A DNA stretch of 64,000 nt from Obrimoposthia wandeli (GCA_977020255.1 CDROCS010000361.1:310001-374000); one strand, 5' to 3'; shown: positions 33,984 through 45,355, numbered from the stretch's first letter. Program-made: numbers and translations. Notes: generated from the sequence alone by a model not told the origin.

Positions 33984-35612
33984 TTATGAGTTCAAAATAT
34001 TTGCAATACCTTTTAATGGAATAATTGTCCATTTTGGTCTTGAATTGAGTTCGTAACCTAACTCGTAAATTGCTTTTTCTAACAAGCAATATTTTAATAA
34101 AAATCTTCTTTCGTTTCTGTAACCTATATGTAGGTTCGCTTCTTTTGTTGTTGCAACATAGGTTTCCATAAAAATTGAAACCATGTATTTGTATAATAAT
34201 TCTCCATATTCAAAAAGGGCTGTTTGCTCTTTATTATATTCATCTTGATGATTAAATATGGTGGAATAAATTGCGTAATGAAAAGATCTAAACAAACCGG
34301 CAACATCTTTTAATGGCGGCTGTTTTACCTTTCTATCCCTAATTGTACTTTCTGGTTCTCCTTCGAAATCTAGAATACAAAAATCATCATCTTGTACTAA
34401 AACTTGTCCTAAATGGTAATCACCATGAATTCTAATTCTTTCTCCTTTTAATTTTGTCCAATCAAAATTAACTAAACGTTTTCTAATTTCGTTTTTGCTG
34501 TTTAAAAATTCTTTTGCAAGTTCTAAAGAATACCCTTCTAGTTTATGCAAATTGTTTTCTGCAAGATTTAATCTATTTTGAAATTGATACGTTAATCTGT
34601 TTTTTAACCAAACTGTGTAGTCACCATTAAAATGAGCAGGTGTGAAAGCTGTTTCTTCAAATTCAGAACCTAAAGCTATATGCATTTCTGCTGTTCTTTT
34701 AGCCAATACTTTTACTTTATTCAATAAATGAAGCCCTATCCAATCTATAATTTGAGGAGAAACATCTGAGATTTTTACGCGCTCAAACATTTCTACATCT
34801 GGTAAAATTTCAAAAGAAATATTTTTGCTATCTATATTTTTATAAACCTTATGAATTTCTTTCAAAAAATATTCCCAAGCATCACCATTATTAGGTACTA
34901 ATTTTTGCATTAACCCAATAGTGATGTTTACATTTTCAGTAGCTATAATATTTACACTTCCTAAATAAGGAGGCGTGTTTTTAAATTCTTTTTTATGTGA
35001 TAAAAAACGACTCATTTCATAGTCAGGGTTTTTATCAGCATAAATTCTTCTAAAAAATTTTAAAATATAAGCATCATTATAAATGACCGAAGTATTGCTT
35101 TGCTCTACGCCCATAAGTCTTGATGATTCATAAGCAGGAAATTTAAAACCTTCTGTTTTGTGATATTGAACAGGAGTTTTATCAATAGGTAAAGCTGTAC
35201 TAATTCTTTCGTAAACTACTTTTCTGAAGGCTTCTAAATGCATCGCATCTATAATATAACCTTCTTGATCTTTTAGTTTTAGTGGTAGAATTCTACCTTC
35301 TTTGGTGTAATTTTCATCAGAAACAAATGCGATTGGTAAAAAGTAATGATGGTAATAAGCTTCAACAAAATCAACCTCTAAAATTAATCCAAAATAGACT
35401 TCTCCTTCTTTTTGAATTCTGAAGTATTCACTTAGTTCTATATATTTTATTTTACTAGATTTACCGCCATACCAGCGTTGTTTTTGAATATAATCTTCTA
35501 AAACATCAGATAAAAAAACGTTTACAAAATCTTTATCCTCAATTAATTCTTCCCATTTATTTTTTGATGAGAAAAGTGAAGAATTAGAAGCTGTATTCGT
35601 TTTATCTGTCAT
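33984..35612 (-). CDS. mak: Maltokinase (Mak/Pep2, TreS C-terminal-domain type)
   Basis: QRWYGGKS, EQSNTSV, RIHGDYHLGQVL, LDFEGEP, KQPPLKDVAGL. Confidence 0.85.
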   Translation of the reverse strand: MTDKTNTASNSSLFSSKNKWEELIEDKDFVNVFLSDVLEDYIQKQRWYGGKSSKIKYIELSEYFRIQKEGEVYFGLILEVDFVEAYYHHYFLPIAFVSDENYTKEGRILPLKLKDQEGYIIDAMHLEAFRKVVYERISTALPIDKTPVQYHKTEGFKFPAYESSRLMGVEQSNTSVIYNDAYILKFFRRIYADKNPDYEMSRFLSHKKEFKNTPPYLGSVNIIATENVNITIGLMQKLVPNNGDAWEYFLKEIHKVYKNIDSKNISFEILPDVEMFERVKISDVSPQIIDWIGLHLLNKVKVLAKRTAEMHIALGSEFEETAFTPAHFNGDYTVWLKNRLTYQFQNRLNLAENNLHKLEGYSLELAKEFLNSKNEIRKRLVNFDWTKLKGERIRIHGDYHLGQVLVQDDDFCILDFEGEPESTIRDRKVKQPPLKDVAGLFRSFHYAIYSTIFNHQDEYNKEQTALFEYGELLYKYMVSIFMETYVATTKEANLHIGYRNERRFLLKYCLLEKAIYELGYELNSRPKWTIIPLKGIANILNS

Positions 35613-37549
35613 TACTTATTAATTTTGAAAATATGGAAAGGCAATGTTGCATGTAATTCTACATAATTCCATTCATTATACCAATTATAACAATTTCTTG
35701 TTACCAAATCTTCAACTTCTACTTTTTGCCCGTGATTCACTTTTAAATCATGAAGCGGTAATTGTACAGAACCAGATTGCGAATTATAAGCATCTAAACT
35801 TATAATTGTTATTGTTTCATTTGATCTATCGTCATTCCATTTATAGAAAGCAATTATTTGATCATTACCAGTTTCTAAAAATTGAATATTATTTGTCTGT
35901 TGATAAGATTCGTGCTCTTTTCTAATGTTATTGATTCTAGAAATTAAAGTAGTTACTTTATTTTCTTTGAACCAATCATAGTGACAAAGTTGAAACTTTT
36001 CTGACATATAATATTCTTCCTTTCCAGGTATAGGATCACTAATCATCTGCTCAAAAACAGGTCCGTAAATACCAACATTAGAACATAAAGTTGCTGCCAA
36101 AGCGTAACGTTGAAGGTATTTACTTTCAGGTGCTCCTTGTAAATGAAACGGGTTAATATCTGGTGTATTTGGCCAGAAATTAGGTTTCATATATTCTTTT
36201 TGTTCTGTTTGAGTTAAATCGTTCATATACTCTATTAATTCTTGCTTAGAATTTCTCCAAGTAAAATAAGTATATGATTGTGTATATCCTTGTTTTGCTA
36301 GTTGTTGCATTACTTTAGGACGCGTAAAAGCTTCCGCTAAAAACAAAACATCAGGATGTTGCTTTTTTACTTCAGCAATAATCCATCCCCAAAAAAAGTA
36401 AGGTTTTGTATGTGGGTTATCAACTCTAAAAACATTAATTCCACAATCAATCCAATACAATAAAGTGTCTAAACATTCTTTCCAAAGATTTTTAAAGTCT
36501 TTACTTTCCCAATAAATTGGAAGAATATCTTGGTATTTTTTTGGTGGATTTTCTGCATATTGTACAGTTCCATCTGGTCTCCATTTAAACCAATCTGGAT
36601 GATCTTTAACCCAAGGATGATCAGGTGCAGCTTGTAAAGCATAATCCATTGCAACTTCAATACCTAACTCTTTTGCTTTTGCAACTAAGTTTTTAAAATC
36701 TTCAATAGAACCTAATTCAGGATGTAAATCTTTATGGCCTCCTTCTTTAGAACCAATTCCCCAAGTAGAACCAACATCGCCATCTTGTGCAACAGTAGTG
36801 TTGTTTTTTCCTTTTCGATTAACTTCACCAATTGGATGAACAGGAGGGAAGTATAAAGTATCAAATCCCATTTGTGCAACTCTTGGTAATAATCTATGAC
36901 AGTCATTAAAGGTACCATGTTTGCCTTCTTGTTCTGATGCAGAACGTGGAAAAAATTCATACCAAGTACTAAATCTTGCTTTTTTTCTATCTACATATAC
37001 TTTAAATTCCGGAGAAGTTTCAGTTAGAAATTTCTGAGGATATTTTATAAAAATAGCAGTTAACTTTTCAGATACAGCTTCTTTAATTGCTTCTGAATAG
37101 TCGTTTGGGTTTTTAAAAATAGAGATTAAATGTAATAAGTATTTTTTTTCTTCTGAAGATACTTTTTTAGTAATTGAAGAAATCAATTCTGCTCCCTCTA
37201 AAAGTTCTGAGTTTACATGTTGACAATCATCAATTTTACGTTCTAAACCATGTTGCCAGTTTAAAACATAATCTACCCATCCTTCAATTTTATAAGAATA
37301 AAACCCTTGTTTTGCTGTGTGAAAATTGGCAATATATTCATCATTAGAAGTCGGTTGCATTCTAATTTCTGACCATTTTTTATCTGCTTCATGTTTAAAT
37401 AATAAACTAGCTTGAAGAACATCATGTCCGTCAACTAAAACATCTGCAGTTACATTTACAATTTCATCAACAACTCGTTTTATAAATACTGTTCCTTGAT
37501 TAATTTGTGGAGCAACATTTTCTACTACAATTCTACTTTGATTTTGCAT
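35612..37549 (-). CDS. glgE: Alpha-1,4-glucan:maltose-1-phosphate maltosyltransferase
   Basis: WYEFFPRS, YFPPVHPIG, NPPKKYQDI, FRVDNPHTKP, FLAEAFTRP, NFWPNTPDI. Confidence 0.95.
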   Translation of the reverse strand: MQNQSRIVVENVAPQINQGTVFIKRVVDEIVNVTADVLVDGHDVLQASLLFKHEADKKWSEIRMQPTSNDEYIANFHTAKQGFYSYKIEGWVDYVLNWQHGLERKIDDCQHVNSELLEGAELISSITKKVSSEEKKYLLHLISIFKNPNDYSEAIKEAVSEKLTAIFIKYPQKFLTETSPEFKVYVDRKKARFSTWYEFFPRSASEQEGKHGTFNDCHRLLPRVAQMGFDTLYFPPVHPIGEVNRKGKNNTTVAQDGDVGSTWGIGSKEGGHKDLHPELGSIEDFKNLVAKAKELGIEVAMDYALQAAPDHPWVKDHPDWFKWRPDGTVQYAENPPKKYQDILPIYWESKDFKNLWKECLDTLLYWIDCGINVFRVDNPHTKPYFFWGWIIAEVKKQHPDVLFLAEAFTRPKVMQQLAKQGYTQSYTYFTWRNSKQELIEYMNDLTQTEQKEYMKPNFWPNTPDINPFHLQGAPESKYLQRYALAATLCSNVGIYGPVFEQMISDPIPGKEEYYMSEKFQLCHYDWFKENKVTTLISRINNIRKEHESYQQTNNIQFLETGNDQIIAFYKWNDDRSNETITIISLDAYNSQSGSVQLPLHDLKVNHGQKVEVEDLVTRNCYNWYNEWNYVELHATLPFHIFKINK

Positions 37550-37590
37550 TAATTTGGTTAATTTTAAATAATAAAAAAGTAAAAATTATT

Positions 37591-38856
37591 TTATCCTATA
37601 TTAGTTCCTGAAGGAATAGTTGCGTCTTTCTTTATAACTACAATTCCATCTTTAACCATATAAGTATCAGTTTCTATATCTTTTATATGTTTTCCTCCAT
37701 TAATCCTTACATCATCTCCAATTCTACAGTTTTTGTCTACAATACAATTGTGTATGTAACATCTAACACCAATTCCCATCATAATCGTTATACCGTCTGC
37801 TTCAACTTGTTCTAATGATTCATAAGAATCATTACCCATCATATAGGTATTAGAAATTAAAGAATTTTTACCAATTCTAGAACGAATTCCAATAACTGCT
37901 CTGTCTATTTTTTCTGCCTGAATTATACAACCATCACCAATAACAGCTTTGTTTAAAATAGTTCCAGAAATTTTAGATGTGGGTAAAATCCTTGGTCTTG
38001 TATAGATTCCTTTCTCATCATATAAATTAAATTGAGGAACATCATCTGTTAAACCTAAATTTGCTTCAAAGAAAGAGTCTATAGTACCAATATCTTCCCA
38101 ATAACCTTCATATTGATAACTTAATGTTTTATGTTGGTTTATTGCTTGTGGAATTATTTCTCCACCAAAATCATTGGTATCAGGGTTTTCCATTAACTTA
38201 ATTAATAAGTCTCTGTTAAAAATGTAAATTCCCATAGAAGCTAAATAGTCTCTATTTTGAGACTTCATTTCTTCACCTACATCAGATGTCCAGTTTGGTA
38301 ATAATTCAGCTCCTGGCTTTTCTATAAAAGAAGTAATTATATTTTCCTCATTTGTTTTTAATAAACCAAAAGAAGTTGCATCTTTTGCATTTACAGGATA
38401 TGTTGCAATTGATATTTCAGCACCACTTTCTTCGTGTTTTTGAATCATATCATTAAAATCCATTTGATATAATTGATCACCAGAAAGTATTAAAGCATAC
38501 TCAAAATCGTTTGCTAAAAAATGTTGCATACTTTGTCTTACAGCATCTGCAGTTCCTTGAAACCATTTGTCACTGTTTATTGTTTGTTCTGCAGCCAATA
38601 CATCTACAAAAGCAGAACTAAAAAAACTAAAGTGATATGTGTTTTTAATATGTGCGTTTAAAGAAGCAGAATTAAATTGAGTTAAAACATACATTCTTTT
38701 GATATCAGAATTGATACAGTTAGATATAGGAATATCTACTAATCTATATTTTCCAGCAATTGGAACAGCGGGTTTAGAGCGGTCTTTTGTTAATGGATAT
38801 AATCTAGATCCTTGTCCTCCTCCTAAAATAATTCCTAACACTTTATCATTTATCAT
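37591..38856 (-). CDS. glgC: Glucose-1-phosphate adenylyltransferase
   Basis: GGGQGSRLYPLTKDRSKPAVP, QFNSASLN, WFQGTADAVRQ, ASMGIYIF. Confidence 0.95.
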   Translation of the reverse strand: MINDKVLGIILGGGQGSRLYPLTKDRSKPAVPIAGKYRLVDIPISNCINSDIKRMYVLTQFNSASLNAHIKNTYHFSFFSSAFVDVLAAEQTINSDKWFQGTADAVRQSMQHFLANDFEYALILSGDQLYQMDFNDMIQKHEESGAEISIATYPVNAKDATSFGLLKTNEENIITSFIEKPGAELLPNWTSDVGEEMKSQNRDYLASMGIYIFNRDLLIKLMENPDTNDFGGEIIPQAINQHKTLSYQYEGYWEDIGTIDSFFEANLGLTDDVPQFNLYDEKGIYTRPRILPTSKISGTILNKAVIGDGCIIQAEKIDRAVIGIRSRIGKNSLISNTYMMGNDSYESLEQVEADGITIMMGIGVRCYIHNCIVDKNCRIGDDVRINGGKHIKDIETDTYMVKDGIVVIKKDATIPSGTNIG

Positions 38857-38860
38857 TTCC

Positions 38861-40066
38861 TTATTTTTTTAATGTTTTATATAATTCTTCTACTTGTTTT
38901 GCTATTGAAATCCAATCAAAATAATCTTCAACTCGTTTACGACCTTTTTGAGCCATTGATTTTCTTAATTCTGGATTGTTAATAACATTATTTACTCCAT
39001 CTGCTAAATCTCTTGAAAACTTATCAGGATCGATAGGCTCAAAAGGAGCAGAGTCTTGTTGCTGAACAGGAATTAAAAGGCCTGTTTCTCCATGAACTAC
39101 AACTTCTTTAATACCACCAACAGCACTTGCAACAACAGCTGTGTCACAAGCCATTGCTTCGATATTGATAATACCAAAAGGTTCATAAATTGATGGACAA
39201 CAAAAAACATCAGCATGTGAATACAACTGAATTATTTCTTTTTTTGTAACCATTTTATCAATCCAGATTACATTTTTGCGAGTCTTTTTTACTTCGTTAA
39301 CGGCATCTTCCATTTCTTTACCTATTTCAGGTGTGTCAGGAGCACCAGCACAAAGAACTATTTGAGTTTCTGGATCTATATATTTTATTGCATTTACTAA
39401 ATGAATAATTCCTTTTTGCCTTGTAATTCTACCAACAAAAAGTACATAAGGTTTATTTTTATCTACACCATATTCATCTAGAGTAGACGTTTCTGGGGTG
39501 GTAATGTATTCTTGTAAGTTGATACCATTATAGATTACTTTAATTTTACTTTCATCAACATCAAAATGTTTTAATACATCTTGTTTTGTTTCTTCAGAAA
39601 CAGCAATCAATGCATCAGCCATTTCAATAGCTGTTTTTTCAATCCAAGAAGAAGCATCATAACCACGCCCTAATTGTTCTCTTTTCCAAGGTCGCAAAGG
39701 TTCTAAAGAATGTGTTGTAATTACTAAAGGTATACCATAACAAAGTTTTGCTACAATACCTGCAAAATGAGAGTACCATGTGTGACAATGAATAATATCA
39801 GCATCTATAGGTTCTGCATTCATATGTAACCCTGTACTTAAAGTTTTAAAGATGGCTTTAAGTTTGTCGTCTGAGTTATCGAAAATCGGATTTTCAAAAG
39901 GAAATCCTTTTACAGTTGGGTTATCGTTAGAAACATCTTGATCTCCAAAGCATCTAACATCAACTTTCATAAGTTTGGCTAATTCCGCAGCAAGATATTC
40001 GACATGAACACCAGCTCCTCCATAAACATATGGGGGGAATTCTCTAGTATAAAAAAGGGCTTTCAT
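38861..40066 (-). CDS. glgA: GT4 glycogen synthase, GlgM-type (maltose-1-phosphate synthase-like)
   Basis: TREFPPYVYGGAGVHV, HTWYS, HSLEPLRPWKREQLGRGY, FVGRITRQKG, PSIYEPFGIINIEAMAC. Confidence 0.88.
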   Translation of the reverse strand: MKALFYTREFPPYVYGGAGVHVEYLAAELAKLMKVDVRCFGDQDVSNDNPTVKGFPFENPIFDNSDDKLKAIFKTLSTGLHMNAEPIDADIIHCHTWYSHFAGIVAKLCYGIPLVITTHSLEPLRPWKREQLGRGYDASSWIEKTAIEMADALIAVSEETKQDVLKHFDVDESKIKVIYNGINLQEYITTPETSTLDEYGVDKNKPYVLFVGRITRQKGIIHLVNAIKYIDPETQIVLCAGAPDTPEIGKEMEDAVNEVKKTRKNVIWIDKMVTKKEIIQLYSHADVFCCPSIYEPFGIINIEAMACDTAVVASAVGGIKEVVVHGETGLLIPVQQQDSAPFEPIDPDKFSRDLADGVNNVINNPELRKSMAQKGRKRVEDYFDWISIAKQVEELYKTLKK

Positions 40067-40279
40067 ATAATTTTTAGTAATTAAAGTTTGTTTAGTATTT
40101 TTTCAGAATCCTAAGTTAAGAAAATACTATTTAATGTACTAAAAATGAGAAGTCATTTATTTAAGAATCATTATTATTATGAAACTCATAATAATAAGTT
40201 ATTATCTAGTATTTTTTTGTAAAATTATCATTAGAACTTAAAAGATATGTTTAATAAATTAACCTCTTGTAAGCAAAAA

Positions 40280-40861
40280 TTAACCATTTCTCTGTTTGTT
40301 AATCTCATCTTGAAGTTGTCTGCGTAATTTTTGTTCTCTTTCTAAGGTTTTTTTTCTATGTTGTTCAAATTCTTGTTCAACATCTACTAAATTATTTTTA
40401 GCTTCTTTTGTTATAACGTTGCTTTTAGAAAACTTAAAAATAAAATAAGACAAGCCTAATAGTAGTGCAATAATAATAGTCCAAAGTGTTAAATTGTATG
40501 TTGTTTTACTTAATTGGATCCCTAGAAGAGAAATAGAGTTTTCTTTTTTTAAAGCAGTATCTAATTCTAATTTAGTTTCAGCGAGTAATGTTTTAGTTTC
40601 TTTGCTGCTGCTTATCTCTGATAATAATAAACGTTCTTTTTTAGAGATAATTTTTTTTGATGATTTAAGAGAATCTAAAACATTCAGTTTTAAACGCTGA
40701 TATCCGTCTTTACTAATTACTTTATATACTTGGTACGTAGTTGATGTTCTATAAATTTTATCAAATTGATTTTCTATAGAATTACTGTCTTCAATAATTG
40801 TTTCTTGAGCAAAAGAAACTGATGAAAGTAAAATGGCTGTAAGTAATATGTATGTTTTCAT
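40280..40861 (-). CDS. Conserved hypothetical membrane protein with coiled coils
   Basis: Signal peptide, coiled coil, TM (LTLWTIIIALLLGLSYFIF), C-terminal coil (REQKLRRQLQDEINK). Confidence 0.7.
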   Translation of the reverse strand: MKTYILLTAILLSSVSFAQETIIEDSNSIENQFDKIYRTSTTYQVYKVISKDGYQRLKLNVLDSLKSSKKIISKKERLLLSEISSSKETKTLLAETKLELDTALKKENSISLLGIQLSKTTYNLTLWTIIIALLLGLSYFIFKFSKSNVITKEAKNNLVDVEQEFEQHRKKTLEREQKLRRQLQDEINKQRNG

Positions 40862-40906
40862 TTTCTAGGTTTTTGTTAGAGGTTTATTAAAAGACTAAAA
40901 GTAATA

Positions 40907-40938
40907 AAAAAACCCAAACGAATTCGTTTGGGTTTTTA
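40907..40938. terminator. rplT terminator
   Basis: aaaaaacccaaacgaattcgtttgggttttt palindrome. Confidence 0.75.
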
Positions 40939-40959
40939 TTATAAGCAAGTAATTTATAA

Positions 40960-41304
40960 TTATTTTATTTTCTCTACAACTGCCTTAAAAGCGTCTGGGC
41001 TGTTAACAGCTAAATCAGCTAAAACCTTACGGTTTAATTCGATATTGTTAGCTTTCACTTTCCCCATAAACTGAGAGTAAGACATTCCGTGTAAACGAGC
41101 TGCAGCATTAATACGTACAATCCATAAAGAACGAAAGTTTCTCTTATTATTTTTACGGTCACGGTATGCATAAAGCATCCCTTTTTCAACTGCATTTTTT
41201 GCTACTGTATAAACGTTTTTTCTACGTCCAAAGTAACCTTTTGCAGCCTTCAAGATTTTTTTTCTTCTTTTTCTTGAGGCTACTGAATTTACTGATCTTG
41301 GCAT
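40960..41304 (-). CDS. rplT: 50S ribosomal protein L20
   Basis: [24 protein letters not shown]...[11 protein letters not shown]. Confidence 0.98.
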   Translation of the reverse strand: MPRSVNSVASRKRRKKILKAAKGYFGRRKNVYTVAKNAVEKGMLYAYRDRKNNKRNFRSLWIVRINAAARLHGMSYSQFMGKVKANNIELNRKVLADLAVNSPDAFKAVVEKIK

Positions 41305-41398
41305 AATTTCAATGTGTTTTGTAGTAGGCGATTCAATTAAGAATACTTTTTAATTTTGGCCTAACTCCATGGTTAATATTTAAATTCCCTGGTTAAAC

Positions 41399-41596
41399 TT
41401 ACTTTAAGTTTAACATTTGCTTAATGTTACTCTCGTCTGCTTTATGTACTAAACCATCGTGAGTTAACTTTAATTTACGTTTTTTAGACTTCTTTGTTAA
41501 GATATGACTTTTAAACGCGTGCTTTCTTTTGATTTTTCCAGTACCAGTAACTTTAAATCGTTTTTTGGCGCTAGATTTTGTTTTCATTTTAGGCAT
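41399..41596 (-). CDS. rpmI: 50S ribosomal protein L35
   Basis: [21 protein letters not shown]; start 41596. Confidence 0.97.
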   Translation of the reverse strand: MPKMKTKSSAKKRFKVTGTGKIKRKHAFKSHILTKKSKKRKLKLTHDGLVHKADESNIKQMLNLK

Positions 41597-41682
41597 CTTC
41601 TCCTTCGTTTTAATCTTGCTTATAAGATTGTTTATGCTGAACAATTGTGTTCAGTACTTTTTTAGAATTTATAAAATTCTAA

Positions 41683-42243
41683 TTATTTTACTTTTTTAGG
41701 AGCGATAAACATAATCATACGTTTACCTTCTAATTTTGGTAATTGTTCAACTTTACCATATTCTTCAAGTTCTTGGGCTAATTTTAATAATAAAATTTGT
41801 CCTTGTTCTTTAAAAATAATAGAACGTCCTTTAAAGAATACAAATGCTTTTAATTTAGCTCCTTCTTGTAAAAACTTAACAGCATGCTTCTTTTTGAATT
41901 CATAATCATGCTCATCAGTTTGAGGTCCAAAACGTATTTCCTTAATAGTCACTTTTGTTGCTTTTGACTTTAAAGATTTTTCACGCTTCTTTTGCTCATA
42001 CAAGAATTTCTTGTAATCAATAATTTTACATACTGGTGGTTTAGCCTTCGGAGAAATTTCTACCAAATCTAATTCCAGTTCAACGGATAGTTCTTTAGCT
42101 TTATCTAAAGAATATACACCAACTTCTACATTGTCGCCCACAAGACGAACTTCGTCAACATATCTTATTTTTTCATTAATTCTATGTTGATCTTCTTTGA
42201 TTACTCTTAACGGCCTTCTCGACCTGCTTCTACGTATTGCTAT
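41683..42243 (-). CDS. infC: Translation initiation factor IF-3 (non-canonical ATA start)
   Basis: Frame stays open upstream of 42141 as [38 protein letters not shown]; first codon ATA 42243-42241. Confidence 0.9.
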   Translation of the reverse strand: MAIRRSRSRRPLRVIKEDQHRINEKIRYVDEVRLVGDNVEVGVYSLDKAKELSVELELDLVEISPKAKPPVCKIIDYKKFLYEQKKREKSLKSKATKVTIKEIRFGPQTDEHDYEFKKKHAVKFLQEGAKLKAFVFFKGRSIIFKEQGQILLLKLAQELEEYGKVEQLPKLEGKRMIMFIAPKKVK

Positions 42244-42317
42244 GACTAATTATTTTTAAGTTTAACTAATGGTTGTTTTCCAACCTTTTATTTTTTTATG
42301 ATGAAATTCAAATTTAA

Positions 42318-44258
42318 TTAAAATTTCTTCAATGTTTTACTTTCTTCTGTTTTAATTAAAGATATAAATTCTTCAATTGTAAATGTACCAATATCTCCTT
42401 CACCGTGCTTTCTTACAGAAACTGTGCCATCTTGTTCCTCTTTTTCACCAACAATTACCATAAATGGTGTTTTGCTAACTTCTGCATCTCTAATCTTACG
42501 ACCAGTTTTCTCACTTCGGTTGTCTACGAGAGCGCGAATTTCGGAATTTTCTAACGATTTTAAAACTTTTTCTGAATATTTTTGATATTTATCACTGATT
42601 GGCAATAAGATAACTTGATCCGGAGTCAACCAAAGAGGGAAGTTTCCTCCCGTGTGTTCTAGCAATACCGCAATAAAACGCTCCATAGAACCAAACGGCG
42701 CTCTGTGAATCATTACAGGTCTGTGTAGTTGATTATCTGCTCCTTTATAGGTTAAATCGAATCGTTTTGGTAGATTATAGTCAACTTGTATCGTTCCAAG
42801 TTGCCAACTTCTGCCTATTGCGTCCTTTACCATGAAGTCTAATTTAGGACCATAAAAGGCTGCTTCACCTTCTTCAATCACAAAATCTAAACCTTTATCA
42901 GTAGCAGCACTTATAATTGCATTTTCAGCAATTTCCCAAGTTTCAGGATCACCTATATATTTATCTGGGTTGCTTTTGTCTCTAATAGAAACTTGAGCTG
43001 TAAAGTCTTCAAAACCTAAAGAACCAAAAACATATAATACTAAATCTATAACATCTTTAAACTCTTGATCTAATTGTTCTGGAGTACAGAAAATATGAGC
43101 ATCATCTTGTGTAAAACCTCTAACACGTGTTAATCCGTGTAATTCTCCACTTTGTTCATATCTATATACTGTACCAAATTCAGCAAAACGTTTTGGTAAA
43201 TCTTTGTAAGAATAAGGTTTAAAGTTATAAATTTCACAGTGATGTGGGCAATTCATTGGTTTTAATAAAAACTCTTCATCCATTTTAGGAGTTTTTATCG
43301 GCTGAAAACTATCTGCACCATATTTTTCATAATGACCAGAAGTAACATATAATTCTTTTTGACCAATATGTGGAGTCATTACTTCTTCGTAACCAGCTTT
43401 CTTTTGTGCGATTTTTAAGAAATCTTGTAAACGATTACGTAAAGCAGTACCTTTTGGTAACCATAAAGGTAAACCAGCACCAACTTTTTGAGAAAAAGTA
43501 AACAATTCTAATTCTTTTCCTAATTTTCTATGATCACGTTTTTTAGCTTCTTCTAATAAAGCTAAATATTCAGTTAGTAACTTTTGCTTCGGAAAACTAA
43601 TTCCGTAAACACGTGTTAACTGCTTATTCTTTTCGTCACCGCGCCAATATGCACCAGCAACACTCATTATTTTAATCGCTTTTATGATTCCTGTGTTAGG
43701 CACATGTCCTCCTCTACATAAATCCGTAAAGTTACTATGATCACAAAAAGTAATTTCACCGTCAGTTAAGTTTTCAATCAACTCAACTTTATATGGGTTG
43801 TTTTCTCCTTTATATAATGCTAAAGCATCTGCTTTAGAAACAGAACGTAAAGAGAATTCATGTTTTCCACGAGCAATCTCTAAAAATTTAGTTTCAATTT
43901 GTTTAAAATCTTTATCAGAAATAACATCATCACCTAAATCTATATCATAATAAAACCCATTATCAATAGCAGGTCCAATCGTTAACTTAGCATTTGGGTG
44001 AAAACTTAAAATAGCTTCTGCTAAAACATGAGCAGAAGAATGCCAGAAAGCTTTTTTCCCGCCATCATCATTAAACGTATATAAAATTAATGAACCATCG
44101 GTGGTTAATGGAGTAGTGGTTTCAACTGTTGTGCCGTTAAAATTTGCAGATATTACGTTTCTTGCAAATCCTTCACTAATGCTTTTTGCAACATCCATCG
44201 AAGTGCTGTTCACAGCAAACTCCTTAATCGTTCCGTCAGGTAAAGTAATTTTAATCAT
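42318..44258 (-). CDS. thrS: Threonine--tRNA ligase
   Basis: TGS domain, [38 protein letters not shown]. Confidence 0.98.
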   Translation of the reverse strand: MIKITLPDGTIKEFAVNSTSMDVAKSISEGFARNVISANFNGTTVETTTPLTTDGSLILYTFNDDGGKKAFWHSSAHVLAEAILSFHPNAKLTIGPAIDNGFYYDIDLGDDVISDKDFKQIETKFLEIARGKHEFSLRSVSKADALALYKGENNPYKVELIENLTDGEITFCDHSNFTDLCRGGHVPNTGIIKAIKIMSVAGAYWRGDEKNKQLTRVYGISFPKQKLLTEYLALLEEAKKRDHRKLGKELELFTFSQKVGAGLPLWLPKGTALRNRLQDFLKIAQKKAGYEEVMTPHIGQKELYVTSGHYEKYGADSFQPIKTPKMDEEFLLKPMNCPHHCEIYNFKPYSYKDLPKRFAEFGTVYRYEQSGELHGLTRVRGFTQDDAHIFCTPEQLDQEFKDVIDLVLYVFGSLGFEDFTAQVSIRDKSNPDKYIGDPETWEIAENAIISAATDKGLDFVIEEGEAAFYGPKLDFMVKDAIGRSWQLGTIQVDYNLPKRFDLTYKGADNQLHRPVMIHRAPFGSMERFIAVLLEHTGGNFPLWLTPDQVILLPISDKYQKYSEKVLKSLENSEIRALVDNRSEKTGRKIRDAEVSKTPFMVIVGEKEEQDGTVSVRKHGEGDIGTFTIEEFISLIKTEESKTLKKF

Positions 44259-44418
44259 TTAATGTATCCTATTTAAGAGTGCAAATATATTAGAAAACAA
44301 TTTTTTACACAATATATATATGTACTTATTATATGTGTTAGTTTTTTTGTTTGTGTGTTCCCTTTTTTTTAAAGCATATACCTTGAATTTAGGAAGTTTT
44401 CTTCATAAAAAAGGTCTG

Positions 44419-44543
44419 GCTTTCCACTATATCTTTTTATACTTTATTACTTTCCAGATCTTTTTTCGTTCAAAAAACCATTTCAAATACTAAATACTTT
44501 GTAAATTTCAAATAAAAAGGATGCCGTTTGAATCCCTAACACG
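44419..44543 (+). repeat. REP/MITE-like element, copy 1
   Basis: Ends gctttccactatatctttttat ... ataaaaaggatgccgtttgaatccct; inverted copy at 62141-62270. Confidence 0.7.
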
Positions 44544-44817
44544 ATCTACTTGCGAATTTAAATTCCAAATTTAAAGCTGCTACCTTATATATAAGAGACA
44601 ATTCTATAATTTTTTCATATAAAGGAAACAATCATCTACTATGTTTTCTATGTTTCTATGTGTTTAAAAAGCGTCTTTATAGAACTAATTTAACCTAGAT
44701 TCACAAAAACTATAAAAAGGACAAAAAATGCATAAAATATTTAGTGCTGTAAAGCACTAAAAACAATGGTTTTAGGATTTGTTTAAAAACTATTTAAAAA
44801 AAGGTTAAAATAAATAG

Positions 44818-45106
44818 TTGGTATATTAAAAAGGGGTTGTATGTTTGCACCCGCTAAGGGAAATATGCTCTTTTAGTTTCGTTCATTGATACGTTGTATT
44901 GGTTGTGTAAATGAGGAGTTTAGTTAGATGAAATCATAAAAATTTCATTAAAAATAAATTTCATTTTTATTTGGTTATTGATTAGAAAGAGTTGTATGTT
45001 TGCAGTCCGAAATTTTCGGCACAAAGTTCAGTTTTTTTAGATGTAAATAAAAATAAAAAATAAAAACATTTTTTCATTGTCGAATTAGAAATAGTTTGTA
45101 TGTTTG
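44818..45106 (+). promoter_or_regulatory. Three tandem rRNA promoters
   Basis: TATGTTTG at 44840, 44995 and 45099, each with TTG 19-21 nt upstream and a GC-rich discriminator. Confidence 0.75.
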
Positions 45107-45243
45107 CAGCCGCTAAGAAATACAGCGAAAAAGTTCAGAGAGGTTTTGGAATGATCATTAAAAAGGTCAGTTAGTTCGAGTCTAACATTTCTACAAAATA
45201 GGATTTAAACAATTGCTTTAGAGCATGAGTTAGATATTCTAAA

Positions 45244-45260
45244 AGTTCATTGAAAATATT
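45244..45260 (+). promoter_or_regulatory. boxA-like antitermination/processing motif
   Basis: gttcattgaaaatattg; repeated in the spacer as gttcattgacatattg (47214-47229). Confidence 0.55.
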
Positions 45261-45355
45261 GAAATTGACAGCGTAAACAAAGAGTAGAATAACCAAAACA
45301 ATTAATTTTGTTTAAATTCTTTTGAAACTTATTCATTAAATATTATTTAAAATAT

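Noticed and set aside
40280-40861. tRNA methyltransferase label sometimes given to this family
   Set aside because: It has a signal peptide, TM and coiled coils, with no SAM-binding or SPOUT motifs
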